A stretch of 64,000 bases of DNA from Candidatus Aenigmatarchaeota archaeon (GCA_963726265.1 CAVSBQ010000002.1:861795-925794); one strand, 5' to 3'; positions 1-9,994 are shown, counted from the first letter of the stretch. A program made the numbers and translations. The notes: generated by a model from the letters alone, not told the origin.

Positions 1-705
1 GGTCGCCATGCCGTAGAACTCCTGGGTGAAAGGCTCCCCTGCAATTTTTAGCGACTGGTCCCTTTTCACAAGGTCCGTCGCAAGGACGTAGTCCGCTACC
101 ATGGCGTCTATAGTGCCTGATTTCAGGTCGTATAATATGCCGCTTTGAGGATTTCCTTCCGGAACATCAAAACCGTCATATGGCATGGCAGTAGCCCCGT
201 ATTTTTCCGCCTCGTCTATGCTAGTAGTTTCCTTCTGAGCCCCGACTTTCCTGCCTTTTAGGTCTTCTGGAGTTTTTATTTCATTATTGCTGTTCTTAAC
301 CACGATTGTTTGGCCTGCATTGAAGTAAGGGGAACTGAAGAGCATCCTTTCAGACCTCTCTGGCGTTATGGTTATGGATGCAATGGCGATGTCGATATCG
401 CCATTCTCCACGGCCTTGAACAGTTCATCCCAGGCATAATCGACGAATTGAATTTCAACACCCATCGAGGCGGCGATTTCCCTGATTATATCGACGTCCA
501 AACCCACTACCTGGCCTTTCTCGTCATAAAATTCCATCGGCTCATAAGGTATGTCGCTGCCCACGACGAGCTTCCCGCTCGCCTTGACATTCGATAGCGA
601 CGCATCCGTTGATCCGCCAGGAGCGTTAGTCGTGCATCCTGAAATCGCGACTACCAAAAACAAAGCTGTTAAAATGGCCACTGCACCACGTTTTTCATTT
701 GACAT
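1..705 (-). CDS. Polar amino-acid ABC-type substrate-binding lipoprotein (SBP family 3), runs off the window start
   Basis: Hand translation from ATG at 705: MSNEKRGAVAILTALFLVVAISGCTT (lipobox-like ISGC)...GKLVVGSDIPYEPMEF...GLDVDIIREIA...WDELFKAVENGDIDIAIASITITPERSERMLFSSPYF. Not in the ORF track because it is open at the edge. Confidence 0.9.
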   Translation of the reverse strand, partial: MSNEKRGAVAILTALFLVVAISGCTTNAPGGSTDASLSNVKASGKLVVGSDIPYEPMEFYDEKGQVVGLDVDIIREIAASMGVEIQFVDYAWDELFKAVENGDIDIAIASITITPERSERMLFSSPYFNAGQTIVVKNSNNEIKTPEDLKGRKVGAQKETTSIDEAEKYGATAMPYDGFDVPEGNPQSGILYDLKSGTIDAMVADYVLATDLVKRDQSLKIAGEPFTQEFYGMAT

Positions 706-725
706 ACACAACCCCAATTATCGCT

Positions 726-2333
726 TTAACTTCCAGTTTTATTTTTTTTAAGCTGGCTTTCAAGCTCGTTTATCCTTTTCTTCAGCTCGACCATTTTGAG
801 TTCCCTGCCGACTGAAAGCTTGTTGATTTTTTCGAGTTCTTCCGTCCTTTTTATTATCTCCTCACCGGCCTTTTTCCTTTCCGTGATGTCCTTCATGGTG
901 CCTAGCATGCGGAACGCCTTGCCTTCGGCGTTTTTCAGGACCGTGCCGCTGTTTTCCATGTAAATGTAATTGCCGTCTTTGCGCATGAACCTGTATTCGG
1001 CATCGTATTTCGTGCCTTCCTTCAGCGCCTTTTCGAGAAGGGACAAGGCCGTTTCGCGGTCATCCGGATGGATAGCGTCTCCCCATTCCTTTATGCCCAT
1101 TTTCTGGAATTCGTCGAAGCCGTAGCCGGTCAGGCTGGTTATTGCGCCCAGCCATTTAATCCTCCCGGAAGCTACGTCGTAATCATAGATTATCTGGCCC
1201 GTCTGCTCGGCGGCAATCCTGTAGGTGTTCTCGTTTTCGAAAATCACGTTCTGCACTTTCTTCTGCTCCGTGATGTCCCTGAATATTCCCTGAAGCAATT
1301 TTTTACCCTCTGTTTCAATCAGGTTGGCTTTTATCGTAACGTCCTTTAATTTCCCGTTTTTGGTGATAACGTGCGTTTCCAGTGCCTGGCCTCTGGCCTC
1401 TGTGAGATGCTTTCTGAAGGTTTCGCTGAATTGCCCTTCGATACCTTCCGGTGGGTGGAGTATCTTCTGGTGCTGCCCAATGAGCTCTGCCTTGCTCCTC
1501 CCGACCAGTTCCGTTGCTGCGCGGTTGCAGTTGACAATTATCCCCGTTTTCGCATCGGCTATGACAATGGCGTCAAGCGCCTCCTCGAACTGTATCCTGT
1601 ATCTTTTCTCGCTCTCCCTCAATTTCTCTTCGGCTTTCTTCCGCTCGGTTATGTCGCGGCCAGTGACCAATATCCCTACCGTTTTACCCTTTTCACGGAC
1701 AGGAACTGAGCCTTCATCAACTTCCAGATATCTAATTTCCCCTGATTTTGTTTTGATTTCGAGCTCTATCTTCTTCTGGGGTTGGCCGAGGAATTCCTTC
1801 GTCAGGACATAAAAGGCGGTTTTTATGGAATTCTTTGTCAGGAAACTGGCAATCGACTTGCCTACCATCTCATTCTCTGCATAGCCGCTGGCCTCAAAGG
1901 CCCTCTTGTTGGCGAACAATATCCTCCCCGTTTTATCCAAAATGAGCATGATGTCCCTCATGCTTTCCGAGATAAACCTGTATCTTTCTTCCCTTTCCCT
2001 CAATTTCTCCCCTGTTTTTTCCCTCTCGGTGACGTCGCTGCCGACGTCAAGGACTTTGGTCACCCTGCCGTTCTCCCTGATGGGTATGCCTATAAGCTCG
2101 AGAAGCAGATCCCTGCCGCCTTTAAGCTTGATGGTATAGATCGTCTTTTCCGTCACCTTCCCCTGCAGGTTCTTCCTGAATTCCAGGAATGCCCTTATCA
2201 GATCCTTTTTGCCGAGCAGGCCGATTTCGGAGAATTTTTTGCCGATGACGTCTTTGGCTTTCAGGCCTGTCAGCTTCTCCGTATACTCATTGGCTTCCAG
2301 AATCCTGCCGCCCCTGTCGATGGTGAAAGCCAC
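726..2333 (-). CDS. Multi-PAS (4 PAS/PAC) sensor protein ending in a coiled coil, with no kinase or other enzymatic output domain
   Basis: Repeated PAS/PAC ends (SDVTERE, RDITERK, RDITEQK, KDITERK); last PAS has IHPDD. C-terminus is ELEKINKLSVGRELKMVELKKRINELE. The frame continues upstream (EAYKTIFENLPFV), so the true start is probably near 2430 across an indel. Confidence 0.88.
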   Translation of the reverse strand: MAFTIDRGGRILEANEYTEKLTGLKAKDVIGKKFSEIGLLGKKDLIRAFLEFRKNLQGKVTEKTIYTIKLKGGRDLLLELIGIPIRENGRVTKVLDVGSDVTEREKTGEKLREREERYRFISESMRDIMLILDKTGRILFANKRAFEASGYAENEMVGKSIASFLTKNSIKTAFYVLTKEFLGQPQKKIELEIKTKSGEIRYLEVDEGSVPVREKGKTVGILVTGRDITERKKAEEKLRESEKRYRIQFEEALDAIVIADAKTGIIVNCNRAATELVGRSKAELIGQHQKILHPPEGIEGQFSETFRKHLTEARGQALETHVITKNGKLKDVTIKANLIETEGKKLLQGIFRDITEQKKVQNVIFENENTYRIAAEQTGQIIYDYDVASGRIKWLGAITSLTGYGFDEFQKMGIKEWGDAIHPDDRETALSLLEKALKEGTKYDAEYRFMRKDGNYIYMENSGTVLKNAEGKAFRMLGTMKDITERKKAGEEIIKRTEELEKINKLSVGRELKMVELKKRINELESQLKKNKTGS

Positions 2334-2429
2334 GAAAGGCAGGTTCTCAAAAATAGTCTTGTAAGCCTCACCGCCATTCCCGCTTGGTTCGTCTCGGATT
2401 TACCTTCCTTCGAAGTATCATACGCCCCA

Positions 2430-3065
2430 TTACCCCATCTCGACGACCTTGTCCACGAACATGCTGAGGTCCTTGGTCATCTCGGTTTTCACGTCGTCCT
2501 TCAGCGCCATCAGGACGCCCTTCGAGCCGAGGGAGCGGAAAACGGATATTATCGAGTGCACGAACCTGGTAACCACAGACGACTCTTCGTATATCAGCAG
2601 CGTGGACAGCGAATCGAAAATCGTTATGCCCGGCTTGTTGGCCTCCAGGAGTTTTTTCATGGCGATGTTCATCTCGGTCAGCGCTTTCGGAGACGAGACG
2701 CAAACGACCTTTCCGCCTGCCTCTGTCCCCGACGGACTCTTGGTCACGCAGTCTATGAAGCAGAATTTGCTGGTGTCGATTTTGCTCTTCTCGAAGTTTT
2801 TCATCAGGGTCGTGTATGGCTTGTTCGCCGAAACGTAGCATACCTTTTCGCTGAGGCTAGCCGCTATACCGGCGATGTCGTTTATTTTTTCCGAATACTT
2901 CTCGTTGGGCACAAGGACCAGTATTATGTCGTTGTCCTTTATCGCCTTTTTTGTGTCTTCCTTCTCGATTCTGTCCTTTGTCCCGGCATCCTTGATTATA
3001 AGCCCACCCCAATTTAATAAATTGATTCGGTCGGTTATAAACTTAACAAGAAAATGTTTAAACAT
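2430..3065 (-). CDS. KaiC/RAD55-like RecA-fold protein lacking Walker A (probably inactive, DUF835/DUF7504-like)
   Basis: VCYVSANKPY...FCFIDCVT...SSPKALTEM...IFDSLSTLLIY...RFVHSII pattern; no GxxGxGKT. Real start is probably nearer 2990. Confidence 0.7.
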   Translation of the reverse strand: MFKHFLVKFITDRINLLNWGGLIIKDAGTKDRIEKEDTKKAIKDNDIILVLVPNEKYSEKINDIAGIAASLSEKVCYVSANKPYTTLMKNFEKSKIDTSKFCFIDCVTKSPSGTEAGGKVVCVSSPKALTEMNIAMKKLLEANKPGITIFDSLSTLLIYEESSVVTRFVHSIISVFRSLGSKGVLMALKDDVKTEMTKDLSMFVDKVVEMG

Positions 3066-3372
3066 GGACGCGAAAAGGGAAAAGGTCTACGCATTTCTCA
3101 GGAAAGTTCCGTCAGGAAAAATAACAACTTACGGAGAGCTCGCGAAAGCCGCAGGCACACATCCGCGCGCAGTGGCGATGTTCATGAAACACAACCAGGA
3201 CCCTGTCAATATCCCATGCTACAAAGTGATAAGGTCAGACGGTTCTCTCGGCGGCTATTCGGGCCGCGGCGGCGTTAAAAGGAAGGCGGCGCTTCTGAAG
3301 AAGGATGGCATAGCAGTAAAAAACGGCAAAATAGAGCTCAAAAAACATCTCCACCGCTTCTCAAAATCTTAA
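3064..3372 (+). CDS. O6-alkylguanine DNA alkyltransferase family protein (single C-terminal domain)
   Basis: VPSGKITTYGELA...PRAVA...NQDPVNIPCYKVIRSDGSLGGYSG; the PCHR-type active site reads PCYK; ATG at 3064. Confidence 0.85.
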   Translation: MDAKREKVYAFLRKVPSGKITTYGELAKAAGTHPRAVAMFMKHNQDPVNIPCYKVIRSDGSLGGYSGRGGVKRKAALLKKDGIAVKNGKIELKKHLHRFSKS

Positions 3373-3396
3373 AAATCCCAGTTTCAATTCTTAACC

Positions 3397-3785
3397 ATGA
3401 AAGCCGGCATCGAAGGTCCCGAAAAAGGACGTTATCCTCTTTGTCGTGCAGGAGGTCATGCAGAAGCATAGGGAAGTCGAATCGCTGCGTGAGTTCACTG
3501 AGCTCGTCAACATGCGCCTGAAGATGGTCGACTCGAAACTTTCCGTTTCAGGCGCGCGCCTGAGGAGCATATTTATCAAGGATGCACGGCACAAAGCTGG
3601 TGACGGAGACGCGCATGGGCGGCAAGACCGAGAAATGCCCCTCATGTTACTCGAGCCTTAAAAAAATCTACACGAAGAACCTGAAAGGCAGGAAAATCCT
3701 CTACAAGATGATGTGCCAGAGATGCGGTTATTCCGGAGTCAACGGAAAGTTCGCACCGAAAAGATACAAGTTCGTAAAGGCATAA
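3397..3785 (+). CDS. Hypothetical protein with C-terminal Zn-ribbon; broken by two apparent +1 indels
   Basis: Joining frames at about 3400 and 3581 gives MKPASKVPKKDVILFVVQEVM...IFIKMHGTKLV...CPSC...CQRCGY. Confidence 0.55.
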
Positions 3786-3796
3786 CACGAGGGTTT

Positions 3797-4808
3797 CTAC
3801 CTGTAAATGACCCTGACCTTCTTCAGCTCTTTGATGTTCCTCGCGCCGACCAGGAACATGGCATCCTCCAGCTGCGAGATGACTTTTTCCAGATGCGCTT
3901 TCACGCCCTGCCACGACTCGTTCGCCGGCTTCAGCAGGGGCAGCGCCATGCCAGCGAGGTCTGCGCCCATCGCAATCGCTTTAGCGACTTCGACGCCGTT
4001 GCGTATCCCGCCTGAAGCGATTATAGGGACTTTCACCGAGCGCGCGACGTCTCTCAGCGCCTCCGCCGTTGGGATGCCCCACTCCTCGATGTGGCTGACA
4101 TCTTCTTTCGTTCTATGCCCGTCGACCTTGACCCATGACGTCCCGCCCGCGCCCGCGATGTCTATCGCCTTCACGCCAGCGAGGACCAGGCGCCTCGAGA
4201 GCTCGCCGGAAATCCCGCAGCCCGTTTCCTTCGCTATCACCGGGACCCTGGACTTCCTGCATATCTTCCTGATTTCCTCATAAACGCCCTTCCACGCCTT
4301 GTCGCCTTCCTGCTGCGCGAGCTCCTGCGCGACGTTCAGATGGATCGCAAGGCCGTCCGCCTTTATAGAGTCCACGAGCGAGGCGATTCTTTCCAGCTTC
4401 GTATTGCCTGAGTTGCGCGGCACCGATGTTGCCGAGAAGGAAGATGCTCGGCGCGACGTCGCGGACGAGATAGGTCCTCGTCGTCTTCGCGTCCTCCAGC
4501 ATCGCGCGCTGCGAGCCGACGCCCATGCCTATGCCTAACGCTTCCGCCGCCTTCGCGAGATTCCTGTTTATGCGTTCGCCATTCGCCGTCCCGCCCGTGA
4601 TAGCCTCGATGAAAAGCGGCGCTGAAAATCTCTTGCCGAGAAACACAGTCTTCGTGTTGATTTCATCCCTGCTGATTTCAGGGAGCGCCTTATGCTCGAG
4701 CTCGACGTGCTCGAAGCCGTTCGATTTCGCGAATTCGACGTCCTCCTCCAGGCATATGCGTATGTGGTCGTCCTTCCTCGACTTCGTCACGGCTTTCGCA
4801 GAAGACAT
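3797..4808 (-). CDS. fni: Type 2 isopentenyl-diphosphate delta-isomerase (frameshift near 4410)
   Basis: RKDDHIRIC, EAITGG, GVGSQRA, LGNIGA in ORF 4278..4817; HLNVAQE, KETGCG, AGAGGTSW, WGIPT, ASGGIRNG in ORF 3797..4423. Confidence 0.93.
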
Positions 4809-4829
4809 GATAATCATTATCCTATTATT

Positions 4830-5609
4830 CTATTTTCCGTTTATAACGGTTCCCAGGCCCTTTTCACCCAGAAGCGAGCGCCTGAGAAGGCCGGGCTTCA
4901 GGCCGTTTATTATCTCGACCTCGGTTCCCATGGCAAGCGCCATCCTGACTTTCTGCATCATCCCTCCGGTCACGTCGGCGATCCCGTCCGAGGAAGAAAG
5001 CGACTCGGCTATTTCCCTGAAGTTTTTCCTGTCAATCGCCCTTATTTTTTCGCCGAGCGGGCCGAGCACACCATCCGTTTTTCCTGCCATTATTATCCTT
5101 TCCGGCTTCAGCTTCCTCGCGAGGAAGCGCAGTATCTCCTCGGTCGAGATTATGCAGCAGCCCTTCGCCTCGTCGAGGCACGCGTCGCCGTATGGGACGG
5201 GTATCGCGCCTTTCGCGAGCAGGGTCTCGAGCGGCCTGGTATGCCATTCCCTTATGCTGTCGTTCTTCGCGAAGCAGGACGCGGATGGCTGTATCGAAAC
5301 GGCGTTCTCGCCTGCCTCGAGCAGCGATGATACGATAATCCTGTTGAGCTTCGCGGCGTCGTCCTGGACTCTGGCGAAGCCCTCCCAGCTCTTGCTGTTT
5401 ATGACGCCTTTGTGGGTCTGGTATTTGCTGGCCGAGACGTGCGGGAAGCTGCCGCCGCCGTGGCCGACGAGAAGCGCGAACTTCCTTTGCGCTCGCGCTT
5501 CGCGTATCTCCCTGCAAAGGCGTTTTATCACATCGTATCTCGCGGTATACGGCTTCGACTTGTCCGTTATCAGCGAGCCGCCCAGCTTGACGAATATCAG
5601 ATTTTTCAT
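4830..5609 (-). CDS. ipk: Isopentenyl phosphate kinase (amino-acid kinase fold)
   Basis: VKLGGSLITDK, HGGGSFPH, PVPYGD, DVTGGM motifs; adjacent to fni. Confidence 0.92.
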   Translation of the reverse strand: MKNLIFVKLGGSLITDKSKPYTARYDVIKRLCREIREARAQRKFALLVGHGGGSFPHVSASKYQTHKGVINSKSWEGFARVQDDAAKLNRIIVSSLLEAGENAVSIQPSASCFAKNDSIREWHTRPLETLLAKGAIPVPYGDACLDEAKGCCIISTEEILRFLARKLKPERIIMAGKTDGVLGPLGEKIRAIDRKNFREIAESLSSSDGIADVTGGMMQKVRMALAMGTEVEIINGLKPGLLRRSLLGEKGLGTVINGK

Positions 5610-5654
5610 AGTTAAAATTGCAAACCTTTATTTAAATTTGAAACAAGTACTCTC

Positions 5655-5999
5655 ATGGACGCGAAAAGGGAATGCCTCATTTCACTGAATGCGTATCACA
5701 GGCTTTATCCGGGCAGCTTCTTCGGCAGGCCGCTGAAAGCGAGAGAGCTCAGGGACGCGGGAAACTCGCTCGTTTTCGCCGGTTTCGGGGCGCTCGCGCC
5801 GCTTGCAAAAGAAAATAAGGATTTCTTCGTCATACTGCGGCTTATAGACCAGAACGTCGAGGACTTTTTCTGCATGCTCGCCTCGGGAGACATGAAGCTT
5901 TTCGCGTGCAGGTTTGACGATGCGAAGAAAGCCGCTGACAAAAAAGCGCTTGAGAAGTTCGGGAAATATTACATGGAAGAGAAGAAGAAGCTTCGCTGA
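5655..5999 (+). CDS. Hypothetical protein (114 aa), opposite strand within the mevalonate cluster
   Basis: ORF fills the gap between ipk and ubiX and has an AT-rich upstream spacer; no recognisable motif. Confidence 0.5.
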   Translation: MDAKRECLISLNAYHRLYPGSFFGRPLKARELRDAGNSLVFAGFGALAPLAKENKDFFVILRLIDQNVEDFFCMLASGDMKLFACRFDDAKKAADKKALEKFGKYYMEEKKKLR

Positions 6000-6012
6000 A
6001 CTTCGCTGCTCG

Positions 6013-6579
6013 CTACGCCCATCTTTTGTAGATTTTGTTTTCAATCCCGAGCGAGTCCAGCGTCTTGCCTATTATGTGGTTTACCATTTCGTCTATGCCT
6101 TTGGGCTTTGAATACAAGGTGAGGATCGGCGGCAGTATCACCCCGCCAGCCAGCGTGACGCGGCGCATGTTCTCTATGTGTATCAGGCTCAGCGGCGTTT
6201 CCCTCGCCACGAGCACGAGCTTCCTCCGTTCTTTCAGGCACACATCCGCTGCTCGTAACATCAGGTTGTCCGAATATCCCGAAGCGACGCCGGCGAGCGT
6301 CTTCATGCTGCACGGGATTATCACCATGCCTTTCGTTTTGAAGGAGCCGGATGCAATGGCAGCAAACATGTCATTATAGCCATAAACCTTCGTGGCGAGC
6401 TTTTCAACAGCCTTTATGCTATAGTCCGTCTCGTGCTCTATCAGCTTCTTCGCCGTGTCGCTTATCACCAGATGCGTCTCGATGTCCAGTCTCTTTAGCG
6501 TTTCGAGAAAACGTATTCCCAGAAGCGAGCCGGAGCTGCCAGAAATGCCTACGATAACCTTCTCCTTCGCTTCACGCAT
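6013..6579 (-). CDS. ubiX: Flavin prenyltransferase UbiX
   Basis: VGISGSSG, IASGS, PCSMKTLAGVASG, RAADVCLKERRKLVLVARETPL. Confidence 0.95.
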   Translation of the reverse strand: MREAKEKVIVGISGSSGSLLGIRFLETLKRLDIETHLVISDTAKKLIEHETDYSIKAVEKLATKVYGYNDMFAAIASGSFKTKGMVIIPCSMKTLAGVASGYSDNLMLRAADVCLKERRKLVLVARETPLSLIHIENMRRVTLAGGVILPPILTLYSKPKGIDEMVNHIIGKTLDSLGIENKIYKRWA

Positions 6580-6970
6580 GTTCAACTGTTCCTTTCTCGG
6601 CATCGACTTTCAGCCTGTCGCCCGTCTTTATTTTGTCAATGTCTATCTGGTCGACGCAGGGTATGCCGGCGAGAATGACGCCTGTCGCGACTATCGTCTC
6701 CGTCTCCCTGTTGATTATCGCCTTCGGCGCGACGCCATTCTTCTTCAGGCCGTAAATGACGTACGACCCTACGGTCGAGCCCTTGCCGTTGGGAAAGACG
6801 AGAATCTTGCCCTTCACATTCTGCCCTTCGAGCTCGTGGCCTTTCTCTATCACGATGCCGGTCTTCGCATCGATGCCGCCGTAGAAGCCAAGCGGCGTTT
6901 TCGAGACTATCGCCTCGCCTTCGGCCTTGCCCGGCGATATGCTCCGTCCCTTCATAACTTCTTTGGTCAT
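6572..6970 (-). CDS. Aconitase X swiveling (small) subunit, DUF126; phosphomevalonate dehydratase small subunit
   Basis: GKAEGEAIVS...GFYGGID...GKILVFPNGKGSTVGSY; GGTGAT RBS upstream. Confidence 0.9.
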   Translation of the reverse strand: MTKEVMKGRSISPGKAEGEAIVSKTPLGFYGGIDAKTGIVIEKGHELEGQNVKGKILVFPNGKGSTVGSYVIYGLKKNGVAPKAIINRETETIVATGVILAGIPCVDQIDIDKIKTGDRLKVDAEKGTVEHA

Positions 6971-7029
6971 AACAATCACCAACCTTTATGCATCATCCAT
7001 TCCTTCGAAAGACACATATTTCATATGTG

Positions 7030-8208
7030 TCATCCCTTTATCAAATCGTCTATGTTTTTGAACACGACGCTCTGCTTGCAGAAGCCCGGAAGATAATTCC
7101 CGGCCTTCCCCGAATCCACGCCAGTCGTCTTGAAGCCCATCTGTTCTATGGGAGAAACGACCATGCACGTGTCCGCGACGATTTTACCGCCCGCCTTCTC
7201 GATTATCGTCGTCAGGCCCATTCTAGTCGCGGCGTCCTTCATCACGCGCGACGTGCAGATCCACAGCGGCTTCTTCAGATGTTTACCTTCAAGCTTTTTG
7301 GATATGCTTATTATTTCCCTGAGCGACGCGTGCGGGCAGCCGATGACTACGAGGTCCGGATCCTTGCCCGTGTTGAGCTTCGCATACGCCTCCTTCAATT
7401 CCTTCTCGCCTACCTCTATGGTCTCGAGACCTTTCGTGTCCATCGCATTCGCCTCAGGCGTCATGCCGTCTATATGATAAAGAGCCACCGCTCCGCTGGC
7501 CGCCATCGCCGCTCCGAATGCTTTAAGGTTATCAGTGTTCGCGTTCTTGATGCCGGTGAAATAAGGGATTTTGCTGCCCGCGATTTTTCCTACATGAGAG
7601 CCGAGCGCGCCGAAATCGGAATTGAACTCGAGCTTAGCGTCGACCTTCACCAGCAGCTGCGGCTTCCTGTTCTCGTCGAGATGCAGGCCATAGTTCGGGG
7701 TGAAGCCGCATATCGCCGCTGCGAGGGCGGATGGCCCGCCTTCGCGGTTCGTCCTCGCGCCTATCACGGAATTCGAGAATGACACGGCAGAGCTTTCAGA
7801 CCACGCGATGTGCTCGCGGAACCTTGGCAAATTACCGGCGAGATAAGGAGTGCACGTCGCTGACATGACTATGCCCATCTTCTCGAAAGCGTCCATTATC
7901 TTCTTCTGCATCCTCGCGAAATCCTCCGGGAAACCCATCTCCTTCCAGCTTTCCATGTCCATGCCGGCCGGGTTCAGGAACGTCAGAATCCTGACCTTCG
8001 CACCTTTGTTCGCGATGTCCTCGAGGAATTCGAGGCCGGGGTCGCCTATGGATTTGTAAGACACGCCCGCGACCTGCGCGGAGCCGATTTCGATCATTTT
8101 ATCGGCCTTGTAAATCTCGCCAAGGCGCACGAGCAGGCGCATTTGTCTCTCGACGACTTCACCATGCGTTCCGTTGAGCATCTTCTCCTGTTCTTTAGTG
8201 AGATACAT
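7030..8208 (-). CDS. Aconitase X catalytic (large) subunit, DUF521; phosphomevalonate dehydratase large subunit
   Basis: MYLTKEQEKML, AGVSYKSIGD, TCTPY, WSESSAV...NSVIGARTNREG, IGCPH, DTCMVVSP, DSGKA. Confidence 0.93.
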   Translation of the reverse strand: MYLTKEQEKMLNGTHGEVVERQMRLLVRLGEIYKADKMIEIGSAQVAGVSYKSIGDPGLEFLEDIANKGAKVRILTFLNPAGMDMESWKEMGFPEDFARMQKKIMDAFEKMGIVMSATCTPYLAGNLPRFREHIAWSESSAVSFSNSVIGARTNREGGPSALAAAICGFTPNYGLHLDENRKPQLLVKVDAKLEFNSDFGALGSHVGKIAGSKIPYFTGIKNANTDNLKAFGAAMAASGAVALYHIDGMTPEANAMDTKGLETIEVGEKELKEAYAKLNTGKDPDLVVIGCPHASLREIISISKKLEGKHLKKPLWICTSRVMKDAATRMGLTTIIEKAGGKIVADTCMVVSPIEQMGFKTTGVDSGKAGNYLPGFCKQSVVFKNIDDLIKG

Positions 8209-8218
8209 AATTCACCCC

Positions 8219-8542
8219 TCAGATTTTATTTTCGATTATTTTGCAGTTCTTCTTGAGCATCTCTATTTCTTTTTTACTCGCGTTGTTGACATGAATCCCG
8301 GCTATGCACACGACAGGCGCTTTCGTTTTCCTGCATTTCCTTTCCGCGATGGGCTTGGCGACAAGCCAGTCGTAGTGGCCTTTCCTGCTGACCACTTTCG
8401 CCGGTTTTCCTGGTGCGCACACGACGACGCAGCCTATGTGCGTCCTCTCGCCGCCGCCCAGAAAGAGCACGATGTCGCGCCCCTGCCTCTCTTCTTTCAG
8501 CCACACTTTGTATTTGCCCTTTCCTGCAGTCAGCATGCGCAT
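8219..8542 (-). CDS. LpdD-like small protein (putative prenyl-FMN chaperone)
   Basis: GRDIVLFLGGGERTHIGCVV...GHYD...VVCIAGIHVNNASKKEI resembles the LpdD/PAC4-like family; directly follows the UbiD gene. Confidence 0.65.
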   Translation of the reverse strand: MRMLTAGKGKYKVWLKEERQGRDIVLFLGGGERTHIGCVVVCAPGKPAKVVSRKGHYDWLVAKPIAERKCRKTKAPVVCIAGIHVNNASKKEIEMLKKNCKIIENKI

Positions 8543-9826
8543 CTACTCCACCAGGTAATCCTCAAAATTTATCTTCATCGGCAGCTCGGGCCTGCTGAAG
8601 TCCTTGCCCTTCGAGACGAGCGGCTTGGTCAGGTCGAAGCCGACCTTCGTCGTCTCGCGCGTGGCCATGTCAGACGAAGGGTCGAGCGACGAGCCCTTCT
8701 CTTTCGTCTTTACTATCATGTTCTTGTCTGCTTGAAAGCGAGTAGCCATGGCCCATTCGATTTCGCTCGGGTTCTCGATGTCTATGTCGCCATCGACGAT
8801 GAAAACGTGCTTCATCGATGCGTGGCCCTTGAACGCGGCTTCGATTGCTTTGCGTCCGTCGTCGTCGTGCTTCTTGTGAATCTTGACCGCGCCGTGCAGC
8901 CACGAGCATCCGCCGGGAGTTATGTAGACGTCGAGGCATTCGCATACCTTGTTGACCTCGCGGAAAATCGTCGGCTCGCGCGGCATGCCCATGAGAATCT
9001 TGTGCTCCAGGTCGCCGGGCAGCAGCGCATGGAAAAGCGCTCCCTTGCGCGCATAGATTTTCTTGACGCGCACGACCGACTGCTTGCGGACGATGTCGAA
9101 AGTCTCGGTCAGGTCGAGGAACGGCCCTTCGTCCGCGAGCTCGCCGGTGAATTCGCATATCATGACTATTTCGCTTTCCGGGACGATGTGCCCGTCCAGT
9201 TCGACGACGTATCGTCTCATGCAGCGCGTTCGCAATCGCCAGCTCGTTCTTGCCCAGCTCCGCGGATATCGCCGCGCCGATAAGGACGGTCGTCGGATTG
9301 CCTATGCAGAAGGCGAATTCCTTCAGCCCGCGTTTCTGGTATTCATTCAGATGGCGTTCCAGGATGCGCAGCACCATTTTGTCCTTGCCGATAATCATTG
9401 CCCGATGATAGGACGCGTTTGTGCCATACTCGTTGTCCTTCGCGACCGCGATGCCGGACGCGATGTAAGGCCCGCCATCCTTTGGGTAGTAGGTCAGAAT
9501 CGGCAGCTTGGAAAGGTCGCATTCAAGTTCCTCATATGCCGCTTTCGCGATCTTTACGGCGGCTCCTTCGGATGGTCTATCGCATGCGTCAGCTTCGCTA
9601 TCAGCTCCTTCTTGTCGATCCCGAGGCCGAGGCAAACCAGGTCGCGCGTCGAGCAGACGTTCGATACGACGGGCATGCTGTGGCCTTTCACGTGCTCGAA
9701 AAGCACGGGCTTGCCATTGAGCTTCTTGACTATGGTCGATATCTCGTATTTGGTGTCGACCGGCTTCTTGATTCTCGTAAGCATACCTTTCTTGTCCAGC
9801 AAATCAACAAATTCCCTCATGTTCAT
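8543..9826 (-). CDS. ubiD: UbiD-family prFMN decarboxylase (anhydromevalonate phosphate decarboxylase), two frameshifts near 9560 and 9215
   Basis: MNMREFVDLL...YEIS...PVLFE; LSKLPILTYYPKDGGPYI...NASYHR; EGPFLDLT...PGDLEH...GGCSWLH...VDGDIDI...WAMATRFQ...SSLDPS, spread over three frames; GGTGAT RBS before ATG 9826. Confidence 0.9.
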
Positions 9827-9994
9827 CAAAATCACCTTAACCCTTTCAGGCTTTTCAGCCATCCGAATCCGATATTCATAGCCTTAATAGAGAAATTGGG
9901 TTTTTATTTTAAATTGTTAACAGACGCCAATCGTCGAGTTCTGGGTCTATTTTAAAGTATTTAAATACAAATTAGCTATTAAATAGTAATAATT

